A stretch of 64,000 nt of DNA from Podarcis melisellensis (Eukaryota): assembly GCA_964234715.1 (NCBI GenBank), contig OZ174276.1. One strand, given 5' to 3'. This document shows, piece by piece, positions 13,301-26,500 of this stretch. The notes beneath the pieces are model-generated. The model made no database searches, was not told the DNA's origin, and saw nothing but the letters and a program-made list of their open reading frames with translations. Position 1 is the stretch's first letter. The number at the start of each line of letters is the position of its first letter. The translations under genes were made by a program, and so were the position numbers.

Positions 13301-16300
13301 AGGTAGCATTCTAGCTCATGTAGAATAGCACTAGCTATGGTGGGGGGGACCATAAGGCACAATCCTATTAGCTTATTATTAAGGCAACATATGACCATCC
13401 GAATGTACTTTACAGGAGTTGCCTGCTTTGGATAAACTGAGTCCAGCCTGCTCAGGAACGAGCACACCACGCAGCAATATGCTTGTATCACATAGTCCAA
13501 TGAGTCCAGAGAGTATCAAGCTGGTACATCGCCACAGGTATTTATCTACCTAAGAAAGGTCTTTCTATACTAAGGTTACCAGATTTTTTTCAATGAATCC
13601 GGGGACACTTTTCAACTTCAATGAATTTTGTATGGAGACTGATTTGTATATCCGGGGAGAGTCCCTGGGAAACGGGGACGTCTGATAACCTTATTCTATA
13701 CCAGTCTTTTCAACTGATGTCTAAAGCAAAGTAGCTCATGTAGCTACTGTGTATAGATTCTGGGAGGTGCTTTGGGTCTACTCAAAGTTATAGGAATAAA
13801 TAAAACCCACTTTTATATTAACTTATCCGGGCAACGAATCATTTGTGAAAGGGTATCATTCTGTGTTGGTCTTTAATATGCTTTAGCAGCTAATATGTAA
13901 AGGACTTGAAACAACTTCAAAATTCAGGGGATGCCTACCTAAGAGAAACATGGAAGCATGAAAACAAGCTAAAATCCACACAGTTGAAATTGTGTGGTGG
14001 AAATGATTTTAGTTCTTCAAGCAATTTTAATTTCTAAACCTTAAGTATTGTGATGGAAATGATTTTATGAGGATGGTTATAAAAGGCTCCATTCTTTGTT
14101 GCTTCAGCTGTTAAAATTTGCTAACCTTTCTACTGCTTCTTTGCCACCAATTTTTCATTTAATAAAAGCTTGCAATATTCAGTATTAGCTGATACAGAAA
14201 CTGCTAATGGCAGTAGTGTTATCTGAAACAGTATTTTTAAAACCATCAAAATTTGGTAGCGGACTTGTTTTACAGTTTTATCAGTTGCCTCTTCATCCTG
14301 CCCAAAGCAAGGGGTCCTGGAAATGTTGCTCTAGCCATGGAATTCATAGTAAGATACTGTTATGGCATCATTTTGTATCAAATGTATTTTTAATGCAGAT
14401 ACAAAACTATGCATTGAAAAACATACAATATAAATAATTTCATGGGTCGTGAAATAGTGGTTGATGAACACTTGACTATCCCTCAAAATGCAGATGATTT
14501 CCCCAAATATTTACAAATCCAAAACAGCAGAATTTGTGTGGGTCAGAGAGCTCACTAGTTCCATGTGCATCTTAAATTGATGCAACTATGAAAAAGTATG
14601 GCAATTGGACATTAAATTATACATTAGTGCTTACTGAGTTTGTATACATTTATTGTCTTCTTTATTTATTTTAGGTGATTGTCATTTTTCTTCTATGCTG
14701 TTGAAAGCTATTTCGAACAAATGGTAGAAAAGCAGGATATAAATATTTTACAGAAATAAATATTTGAATAGATAGAAGAGACACAGGAACAGCCACTTAG
14801 GTCAACGTGAATTTACAATTTGACTTCTGGCACCAAAAAAATAAGTGGTTTCTCTGATATGTTCTAACATTTTTTGACAAATTGCTAACTTGCTCTGCAG
14901 CTTGGCAAAATGTGAAAGTCCTTGTTTAATATAGTGATGGGCCTTATCTAACTGAAAATGTACAGACGCAGAAAGGCTTGTCTGTGCATGTTACTTCAAT
15001 ATGTTTTGAGGTACCTAAACAGTAGCTTCCAGTGAACAAGATGCATTTTTTAAATAAATATTTCTGATTAAAACAAAATATTATTTTATCTTACTGTTCT
15101 CTGTTCTCCGTAGCCCATTGAATATGCTGGGCACAGTCCGACACTCGTCATCTTCTCTTTCTTCCCATACATCAAGTGAAACAGGGAATCTGGTTATTCT
15201 AACAGACAGTTCTGTCGGAGAAACAGCAGAGGATATGTACCACATGCAGGTACGACTGTAACTCATCAGGAATATGCAGTGTTAAAGATGATTTTAGGAT
15301 GCATTTAAGCAGGGCTGTCTTAAGCATATGCGGCGCTGGGGTGCAAAGACCCCCCTGGTGCCCTCCCCCCCTGGTTGCCCAGTCCCAGGCACACAGCAGG
15401 GCAGAGCCAGCCAGCTGCCTCAGCGTCTCACTGGCTCAGTCGCCCCCGAACTCGCAATGCAGAGCTGGGCGGGCTCTTCCCCAGACTCAACTCTCAGGCC
15501 CTGGAATCTCAGCCTGGTGCCCCTGAGAGCCTGGCGCCCAGATGCCCCACACCCCTAGCTCCTATGGGTAAAAAGGCCCTGCATTTAAGATCTCGGTCAG
15601 TACTAAGATCTACTCAGTACTTGTAGACATTGCTAGAATATAGTGCCTTACAGACTGAGGAAATCAAATCTTACCTCTGTCATGAACTCACTTGCTGGCT
15701 TTAGGCAAGTCACCCTCTCTCAGCCTTCCTCCCACATCTACAACATGAGAATAATAACAACACTCATTTCCTTACAAGGTTGGTATAAAGATTACATGAA
15801 AATAATATGAAACACTTGACACACTCAGAAATACTTAAAAATGCTAGGTATTTTATTATTGAATTATATTTAAGTTTACTTAGACAATTTGTAATGTTAG
15901 CTGGGTGAAAACCCCATTGCGTGGACAGGCGGAGTCCCCAGATCCCGAGTGGTCCCCCCCGTCATGTGGAATAACGACTCTAGACAACATGCTATGGGAT
16001 TAAATTGGCCACAACTTTATTAAATTTCAAATGTGGGTAGACCTTGGCTCAGGCATTGGGCGTTCTCCCTCCCTAGTCCCCAGCCGGGGACCTAGGGAGC
16101 ATCAGGGTTATCCAGTGTGTGTGGGGGGGATGGGCCGGCTCTGGAGAACATATGTTCAAGCAGAGATAGCCGCCCCCGTTACGCCGCCGCAGGGGAGCCA
16201 AGCTCTGGCTCTGGAGCCAGGTGAGGATTACCAATTAAGATCCACCCTCTATTGTGTGGGCAGGTAATCCCTCCCCTATCTGGCCTGGTTTCCCTGGCAA

Positions 16301-17525
16301 TGCTTCCCCCAGGTGGGATTGGACAACTCACTGGGGTAGGCGGGGACCTCCAGGTATCCCACCTGAGGGAAGGCAAAGCCTATGCTGATGGGGCCACTCC
16401 AGATCCAGGGCTGCACGCGTCCACGCAAAGGGCGCCCCCCGTTTTAAGTGGGGAGCGGTCATTGTACTAGTGAGAGCACTTGCACTGGCTTCCACAGGGT
16501 GGGACGTGTTGGTTGAATCCTGCCCTAAGAATCTAATCACTAATATCTGTTTTTTCTTTCCTAGGCCAGTCCTTCCACCTCAAGCCTGAGCTCTACCCAT
16601 TCTGCACCATCCCAGATGATTAACTCTGCACCTCCTAGCGCACGGGGTAAGAATGAGCCACGGTTCTACAAATTGCTATGATGTTTGCCCTTTAAAATTC
16701 TGGATTGTTCATTGAATTGCTTCCTTGCTTAAAATAAGTGATAGCTTCATTATTGCAACAATGAATTATTCAAGACTGCCTTCTACAATGTCCCAATTAA
16801 GTGTGTCATCTTTTCAGAACAGTTTGGTATACTTTCTCTCTGGTATAAAATTTATTTTAAGACAATTTAACTGTGTGTTTCCAATGGGCTCCCCAATCAT
16901 TGAGCCCATTCACTTAAATCCATTCTGCTGCTTGTATGAGTTGTTTCAATTCTAAAGCAAACAGTCTGAGAAACAGCACTGAAAACAGCAACCACATGAG
17001 GACAAAGGTAAATACCAGGCAGGTCTCAAAGGAAAAGAAATCAGGATGAAGGAACATAGAGTGTAGAATCTTACTTGGAACAAGGTGTACAAAATTTGCC
17101 TTCTTTGCCTGAGTTACAAATGAAGAAAGGGAGAGAGAAAATATCTGAAATAGCTTTCACTCCCTAGTATTTCCTTTCCCTAAAAGACACTATGCAAAGT
17201 TGGTTGTTTCTTCTCTTCACAAGTCACAACCCCCAGCTGTGGCCTCTCTAGAACTGGGTGTCAAATTATTGCTTAGAGACTCTCAAACCAAATTGCACTG
17301 CTGTTTGTGTATGCTGCAGAACAACAGAACTTCCCTATCCACTTATTTTTGGTGAACCCATTTCTGTAGAGCTCAGATATCCTTGGCAGAAGTGATACAA
17401 TGGAAGAACCAATATCTCAGTAGTAGAACACATTCTTTTTTGTGCGAAAGGTTGTTTTTAACACTTGACTGGAAGCCGCCCAGAGTGGCTGGGGAAGCTC
17501 AGCCAGATGGGCAGGGTATAAATAA

Positions 17526-17575
<50 letters not shown>

Positions 17576-20500
17576 TCTCTGGTAGGGAGAGGGGAGAAGG
17601 GGACTCAGTGTGGAACACATGTTTTACATGCTGAAGGTGCAAGAATAAATCCATGACTTCTCCAATTAAAAATTATTCTCAAGATGTAGGGCTGGAAAAT
17701 ATTGTCTGCCAGAGGCCCTGGAAAGTTACTGTCAATCAGAATAGACTACACTGGGCTAGATAGATGGGTGATATGACTCAGCATACTGCAGCTTTATATA
17801 CAGCAGGAAAGATGACGTGGAGACAGCTGGGGAGCTTCATATGTTCAGTGAAGTCTTTTTCATTATTGTATCTGTTGCACTCAGCTGAAGAGCATAGTAC
17901 TGTATATGAGTACAAATATTTTTATAATTACCAAAGTTGGTGGGAAAGCAGTTGTGATCAAAGCTGAATAAAGAAGGTAAAGGTGGTGACCATTGTCAGG
18001 AAAATGGTTATGTGATTGTACTGCTTTAGGGTCAACTGTGTCTGCTAATTGTATCTCTATGAAGTATGCACTTTGGGGAGGAAAAATATGGTATGGTGGT
18101 CCTTGCATCATTTCACAGAACTCATAGTATCTGTGATACTGTGGATATCCAGCTTTCTGAGCTGCCATTTGACTTCCCAACAGCATTTCCTGCATCTAGA
18201 ATCTCTACCAGTGCTTAGAGACAAATGAGGTGATGTATGTTAAAGGACGACCAATTAATAAGTAATACATCATTTCCTGTTAGCAAATATATATTTGAAC
18301 AAGCACTGTCATAACTACATGTGATTTCTGGTTTTGACTGTTTCTGATCATTTTGGAAAACTTCATTTATTCTTGGACAGATTTCTTAAACTCATTGAAT
18401 TAATTTTCTTAAATTAATGGAGAAGTTGTTTGGAATTTCATGAATCGCACACTAGAAAAAGAAAGCCCCAAATCTTCTTGATACTTCACAGTATGTGAAT
18501 TATTAATTTAATTGTTGTGAAACTTCCAATGGGGATGAAATTGTTTTTGCAGAAAATAAGCCTGGTGGTATTGAAAATAACATGGGATTTATTTATTTGC
18601 GTACATTTCCCCCCCCCCCCTTTGATAAGTTTTATTCTATGGAAATGAGAGATTGACAAGCATTGGCGCTAAAGCAAGCTGCAGTGCAAAATTCACATGC
18701 CTAGCTCTGCCAATATGCTTCAATCCTTTTTTATGTTTATTTATATTCTTTCTAATTTAGTGCTGATGAAAGGTGCTGGATTGACAACACTGGAGGCTGA
18801 AGCCCTCTATTTATCCACAGAACAGATACAGCACGGGCGGCAGCAGTGCAGGCTTCCCCACACTGCCCCCACCAATGTGCCTCATCTCTGTCCTGGAGGA
18901 ACCACCTCTAGAGGTGAGAGGATAGATTGGTCTCCATGACCCATACAGTCCTTGGCCTTTCTGTTCAGATTGCCAACAGAGTTACCAGCTTGTAGTGGCA
19001 GACTTAGACACCCTTCAGCCAGGAAGTGCACCAAGTTCATCAGTGTGTTTCACTGCAGCTATTTGGCAGTGATAGGTTCCACACTGATGTGAGGAGTTGT
19101 ACTGGAACCTCGATTTACTGAATGATGACTAACTTGCACTCTTCAGGGTTCAAAGCTTGTCTTAGAAATGAGAAAAGAGTTGCCCAAACTTTAGCAGCTT
19201 TGATTTCAGTCAATAGTCTGATTTCCAGCTAAACCTCCTATATTCTTATTCATGAGCTGAGATCTAACTGAACTGAGATGCAGCTATAATTTGAATATCT
19301 AGATAAGCCTCCCATTCATATGGCTCTGGTTTTTGTTTTGTTTTTATAGATAAACTATTGGATAATATAGCAAAGCTTGTTTTGTTCACAGTGAACAGTA
19401 CAACTCAAATATAACTAACACAAAAAGTAAATATAATCAGCTGAAATGTCTCGCAGCTTGCCTCTGAAAAACGTACACATGTATTTTCATTTTGAAATGA
19501 TAAACATTTGTAGGAATATGCTGCCTTCTTAACTTGGTACAGTAGTATGTCATAAAGCACCTTTTGAGAGGTTAGTAGACACATTACGGGGCTCTGCTCC
19601 ATGAATGAGCTGACTTATCTTCATTGTTAAGGCCAATTTAAATATTATTTTAAGCATTGTAGATATGAGAATCACTTACACACTTCTGCAGGCCGTCCTC
19701 CAATACTGCCACTTCTCAATTGTTGATATAAATATATCATACATGGTCAGATTCATATGCTTAAGATTTTATTTCCAAACACTGTCTTTTTGGATAAGAG
19801 CATTAGGGTAAACATTACACAGTGTATCATTGGCTGTAATATAGTGCAAGCTGTATTTGTGAAAGCTTCCACCTTTTCATTACATAGCTATAAACACACA
19901 AATTAGCTGCAAACGTTGGACTTGTTCATAGATAAAAGCAGAGCACAATGTCCACTTCTGGATGCTAGCTGTTAACAGGCTTAGGGCCAGTTTACCCTTC
20001 AAGGAGCTGTGTTCGCTGCANNNNNNNNNNNNNNNNNNNNNNNNNNNNNNNNNNNNNNNNNNNNNNNNNNNNNNNNNNNNNNNNNNNNNNNNNNNNNNNN
20101 NNNNNNNNNNNNNNNNNNNNNNNNNNNNNNNNNNNNNNNNNNNNNNNNNNNNNNNNNNNNNNNNNNNNNNNNNNNNNNNNNNNNNNNNNNNNNNNNNNNN
20201 NNNNNNNNNNNNNNNNNNNNAGTGTGCATTGGATTACAACTTTAGAATTTATAGTAATTCACAATACTTTTATGAGATACCACAAGATTGGTATCTTTAA
20301 GCAGAGGCTTGACAACCATATGTCAGGAGTGCTCTGATGGTGTTTTCCTGCTTGGCAGGGGGTTGGACTCGATGGCCCTTGTGGTCTCTTCCAACTCTAT
20401 GATTCTATGATTGGTTCTTTAATTTGTGGACAGACCAACATACTACCCCACTCAAAGTTAGTATTTATATGGCACTTTTTCATAGTAGTTAAAGTAATTC

Positions 20501-23500
20501 ATATATAATATTATGGCAGTAATTCTTATATCACTCTGTAAAGTGGGTGTGAGGATCCTGTGGCCCTCTAGATATTGCTGGAAGCCATGCAAGTTGTAGT
20601 TCAACAGTATATGGGGAGCCAAAGGTTCCCTACTCCTGCTGTAAAGTAAACCATCATTTCCCCTACATTGCATGACAGGGCAGTGGGAATTTAGACTGAG
20701 ATAGTGGATTGTCACAGCATCACATGACAAGGGCATTGGCCCATCCCATTGGCTCCAGCATCCCACAATGCAAATAGGCAGCTCTAAAAAATTCAGTCTT
20801 TGTTGTAATTTATACTGCATTTCTTTCCTCAAGATCCCTGTGATGAGACTTGCCAGTTCTCCATACGCTTTGTTTTCCCTTCTGAAAAATTAGTTCAGGT
20901 TGAGAGTAATATGTTCTGATGGAAATTATTACCAAAGAACATCATAGGCATCCCCGGTACAACGTGGTTTTACAAACAGTGACACTGAAGTACAATTTTG
21001 AGTGGTAATCCCGCAACAGATCTTGCTCTTGTGAAAGGTTTCGTGTTATTCTCCTGCAAGACTTTTGAGAAGAACTGTGATTGCACAGCTGCATCACTCA
21101 AAGCCTTCTCTTAATAAATGAAAACACAGTGGATTGTATCCAGTGCTGTCCTTACATTTACAGAAAGCTGTTTGATCCAGTGGGAATTTCCAAGAACGTA
21201 AAGGAGGGAGGGGATTTTTTTCTTATTTCCTCTTCCACTCCCAGTGCTCCCTTCCAGTCTGCTCTAGGTGCTTAGGGTACACACTTGAACAGTGCAGGAC
21301 ATGATATGGGGGCTGCAAGGGAAAGGGGACATTTAGGGGAATTACCTCCCTCCCCATTCTATGCATGGAAGTCTTTGAGGGATCAAATCACCTTTTGTGA
21401 ATAGAAGGACCACTGGATGGACAACTCACAGTCAGTCTAGTATCCTTTTTAGCACATCTGTGGTTAGGGAGGAGTAGACTCACTGTTCCTCAGTAGAGAG
21501 ACCATATACTTCCAGTTATTAAGTTTTGAGGGACAAATAAGGGAAGGTTCTTGTTCTCGTGTCCTCCTTTTGGACTTTTTAGGGAATCTGATTGCCCACT
21601 GGTGCAGGGAAATGGTGGGTTTTCGGCGTTTGAGTATCAAGGTACCACTTTACTTCAAAGGCAGAGCACACCATTCCAAATGTGGGACTGCTGCTCTTTT
21701 GCTGCATGTTTGCTGTAAGCATGTCATCTGAAATACACACTTCGGATGTGCACATGTATGCATTGTGTAAAGAAGCACTAGACTAATGGGCTTTCAGCAG
21801 GTCAGTTGCATATTTTGAAGTTGTCCATAAGCACCTGAATGAAACAACAAACACAGCCACCACCATGATACCCTACCTGCAGATAGACATATTAATAAAC
21901 AAACAAAAAAGAGTGGGTGTATGACTTTTTGTCTACCAAGATACTATTCCGACAAGCTTGGCTGAACAGGTAGAATTTCCAAAGATCCGACAGTTACAAA
22001 TAAGTAACGTGCATTTTACACGATTTTCTTTAACTTTTAAAAGGAGCTTTTGACAAATACTGCCCTCTGTTGATGACTTGAAGTCACATAATTAATAGAA
22101 AAGCTTTCAGGAAACAACTGTTGTCAACCATGTTAGATGAGCAGCAAAGGTATTGTTTTCATGTGTTTTTCCAAATTGATGGTACTCAACAGCTTCCTGT
22201 GTATTTCTAGGATAAATTGAGGAATATATTTTAAAAGGGGGAAATCAGCAATGTGCTTTGTGCCATAATACATATACTGGTGCTCCTAAAAGATCTGTAT
22301 TTTATATTTTGTGATGCAGAAGTAGGACTATCGTGATATGTATGTGAGCAAAAGAGACAGTATAAAACATTAATGCTTACCTAAATGAACATTGTGAATG
22401 ATAGGATGGTCAGATTATTTGTGTTCTGTGTTTGTGGTGAAAACACTTAATCATACAGTGGAGTTTGAATTTATTTGAGCTTAATAACTTGAGGGAAACT
22501 CTAGAAAGTGTGAAAGTTTCTCCTGAACTGCTAACTATATTGTTTCTTCCTTTTGTGCTAAATCTCAGTCTATGACCTGCATGCCATGCTTCCGTTCATG
22601 TGAAATCTGTACCAACTTGAAATAACCCTTGTGTTTAATATTATTTGTGTGTGGTCAGATATTATTTGTGTGGTCATAGAAAGTTTGCAGAGGGGACCAT
22701 GTGCATCAGATTCTGCACATTAATGCATCCAGTAGGGGAGATAGTTTCCATTGTTATCATTACCTTAGGCAGCTGTGCATTTCAACCAGTACCATAATGA
22801 GTAGGATTTCCCCCATCAAAGATCATAATGCACTGATACACTATGCAGTGCCCAAACAAACATTCATCAAAATGGCAATATATGTCAATAGGAATCAAAA
22901 CCCTTATGGGATAGAGATATATTGAGAAGCTCTGTGTTCTCATATTCTCATACTAAGCATAACTGCTTGTTAATTACACAGTTTGTGGAAGCACACTTCT
23001 TATGTTCTTACACCAGCAGTGTAAGAATGGATCTACCAAAGGCCGTTTTATTTTGGTAACATGGGGCTTTCAGAATGCATTCATTGACCTGCTAAGCGGT
23101 ATGCTACAGACCCAGCAGCTTGTCTGTGTTGCTGTTTTTGTTATGCACTGAACACTAGAGCAGTGATTCCTGTGTGCCAGTTAAGCTCATTTCCATTGTA
23201 CGCTAAAATGTTATGTTTCATAGTTGTGACTCATCTTAGGAAGACTAGGGGACTGGGCCAAAGAGCATCTCTGTTGTGTTTTGTCATGTGTACGTGATTG
23301 TTCTCACTTGTTTACAGGCTCTCCCTCTCTACCAGATAAGTATCGTCATAATCGGGAGCTGATGATGTTATTACCGATGCACCGAGACCGACCTAGCAGT
23401 GCCATGTACCCTGCAGCTATCATGGAAAATGGACAGGTAACGATTTCAGTATTGCCGTTTTTTCTGTGCCAGGACATGAAATTAGCAAACAGATCCATTT

Positions 23501-26500
23501 TCTGGACAGGAAAGGACAAATGTTTTGGAAATGGAAACTAACGGAAAGGAGGAACTTGCAGGTTACCTTACTTGGCAGGATAACTGTCCCCAGTCAGCTA
23601 GCCCACCTTTCCTGTCTGTCTTCCCTTCAGAAAAAGAGAGCGGGGGGAAAGAAAGGGGTTCTGAATCCCATAGCTAGGATTCATGTGGGTGAGGTGAGTC
23701 AGGAAGGGAGATGGCTTTAGTGATTCCTGGCCAAAGGAGTAGCAGAGTAGCCAGCTGGTGGACATTTCAAACAGCAGGCCTCAGCACACAGGGCTGGCAA
23801 GGCTGGGATTACCCTAGTCATAATGCACTAAAAATCCCAGGCAAAACTTATTGACAATAACTGAGGGCAGACAGGCCATGCCTTTGACCAGCACCTCTAT
23901 CATTGTACCTGTCAGCTTCCTGAGCAAATTCAATAAAAGAAATTGCAGCTTCTGCACCCTGAGCATGTGCTCCTCTCAGGGAGATCTGTAGAGCAGTCAC
24001 TTTGGGGGGGTTGGAGGGTGTTCCTGCTCATTCCAGTCCAGTCTCAGTCTTGGGAGGTCCTTCCAGCAGAGGAATCAAGTTATACCCCAACCCCTGTCTC
24101 TTACAGGTGGAGGGGGCTTAACTGGAAAGTTCTCCAATGCCCTCCTTACTCTCCCTAGAGCATGATATTTATGGTAAAAAAATTATTCTGCCTTCATTCA
24201 AATTATTATTATATAGTCATAATAACATAGGCACAGAGATTGCCGTTATAACATAAAACAAATGTAAACAATCAGATATCTTGTGAATCTTATTGGAGAT
24301 ATCAAACAGCATAGTTACAAACTGTTGTTTAAGAAGTGCAAGTATTTGTTGCCTTTCTTCTCTCTTAGCACCCAAACTTCCAGCGAGCCTTGCTCCAGCA
24401 AGTGATTGGACCGTGCAAACCCTGCAGCGATCCTAACCTTTCTGTTGCTGAAAAAGGTATTCCGTGCCCTATTTTATATTATTTACTTATGACACTTATT
24501 TCAGGCATTGCTTTTTGCTGCTTTGCTGGATCCACAATCTACAGCTAGCGCTGAATGCTGTAGCATGGTTGCTGACATGAGCAAGACTCTACTCAGAGAT
24601 CTGCATTAGTGGGTGAAGTTCAAGGTGCTAGTATTGGCCTATAAAGCCCTAATCACTTGGAAGCCAGTTTTATTTACAGGATCTCCTTACTTCATATGTA
24701 CCCACTTGACCTCTCTTGACCCACTTGCAGAACTTGTAAGAAATTGCTTTTTTAGCACAGCAGGACCTAAACTTTTGCACTCCCTGCCAATTTACATCAG
24801 GTTGATTGGTGGCTTAGCTGTGTTCTTTCTGATGCCTGCTTAAAACTTTTTTGTTAAGCTAAACCTATCCAGATGTACATATATTGAATAAATTGTTTTC
24901 AACCCTTTTTTTTTTTTAGTTTGCTGCTGGTTTAAATTCTATGACCCGCCCTGAGACCTCCGGGTATAGGGCGGTATATAAATTCAGTAAATCAAATAAA
25001 TAAATAAATAAATTATTTTTAAAATGTTTTAATTACTTGTTTTTAACTACTTTGCTGATAATTTTAATATTTCTTGTCAGCCCTTAGAGGTTTTGTTGCA
25101 GTCAAGCAGTATATAATTTTTTGTTAAATACTATTAATTAATTAATGTTATTGTCTCATTTTATGTTCATTCAAAGTGTTCTTATCACTATAATCTCTTA
25201 AAACCATGTGTATTTAGAACAAGCAGTTAATCACACAGCAACTACCCAATCCATATATACTCCTAGCAGAATATATACATTTGTGAGTCATGTTTCAAAT
25301 ATGACAATCTCCTTCCTGCATAGAGATTAGCTACATAAAGGGAAAATTTCAGTTATGAAGCAGCACTTTGGAAAGGTCAGTAATCCATAGGCCAGGGGTG
25401 GCCGGCTCTCAAGAGACGGCAATCTACTTTCAGAATTAAAAACTGGCAGTGATCTGAGTCAGCTCTAAATTGTTGAACTTTTTTTAGGGAGGAGAAAGGC
25501 CCCATTTTTAGTGGTTAAAAAACAGCTTTTTTGGAGGGAAAGGTTCCATTTTTGTGAGGGTTAAGGGCAAGGGACAAAGGGGTAAAGTCACTCACAAAAA
25601 GATCGCTATGGATGAAAACAGCAGCACAGAGAAAGCTCTGTCTTCCCTTCCAGAGATCAAACAATGAAGGGCAGTGCGGCGGGGCAGAGCAGGAGTCAGT
25701 TTTAGGGACACTAAGGAAAGGGAGCCAGAGATCGACCGCGATCTACCGAAACCTCACAAGGATCTACCAATAGATCACAATCGACTTGGACATCCCTGCC
25801 ATAGGCTATTGGAAGGGGAGTTGGTGTATATATCAACTGCACAACATATACAGCTGAAGATGCTTGGAATGCTCTCCCTAACCGGCTGAAAGCACATGTT
25901 TGGGTAAACCTGGAGACCTGTCACTTTCCCTTTTTAACACTGATTTTTCTTGACAGTAGAGTGACATTGAACACCTTAAAGCAAAATCTTTTCAATTATA
26001 GCCTCTCTGCTGATGAATCTAATCACTGAAGACAAACTCTGCAGCCGATGGTTTGGCCACCACAGGACAGCAGGGACTTTCAAAGATAGTTTAAGCATGA
26101 GCTAAGCCTTTATTTGGGATAAACCATCCAATATCAGAATTGCACATTAGGTTTTCCAAGCATTTTAGTCTAAAATACGATAGACACAGCAGGGAGGAGG
26201 GTATCGAATTTGCCATCAGTTAAGATATTCCATGTTTTGTTTCTGGTTTTCATGTGTATACTATACAGGTGGTGACCTTCAGATAGATAGTGATCAGTTT
26301 AGAGCAGTTTCAAAGCATGCATACAACTTGCTCATCCAGTGGCAGCAGCAGGAAGTCTGTACGTATAGGCTGAGTGAAAATGATGCCTGACTCAAAAACT
26401 GTGGATTTAGGTTCTCAGTGAGAACAGAATAAGAAGGTTTGTTAAACAAATAGTGAATGGTAGCTTCATAACAAGGTGAATGCTGGGATGGGAAACATAA

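Noticed and set aside
19962-20300. ORFs containing X runs
   Set aside because: Artefacts of the 200-N gap; the gap content cannot be assessed.
21883-21969. 87-nt AG...GT segment as a further DOCK3 exon
   Set aside because: Weak pyrimidine tract and donor, in-frame TGA, no homology support.
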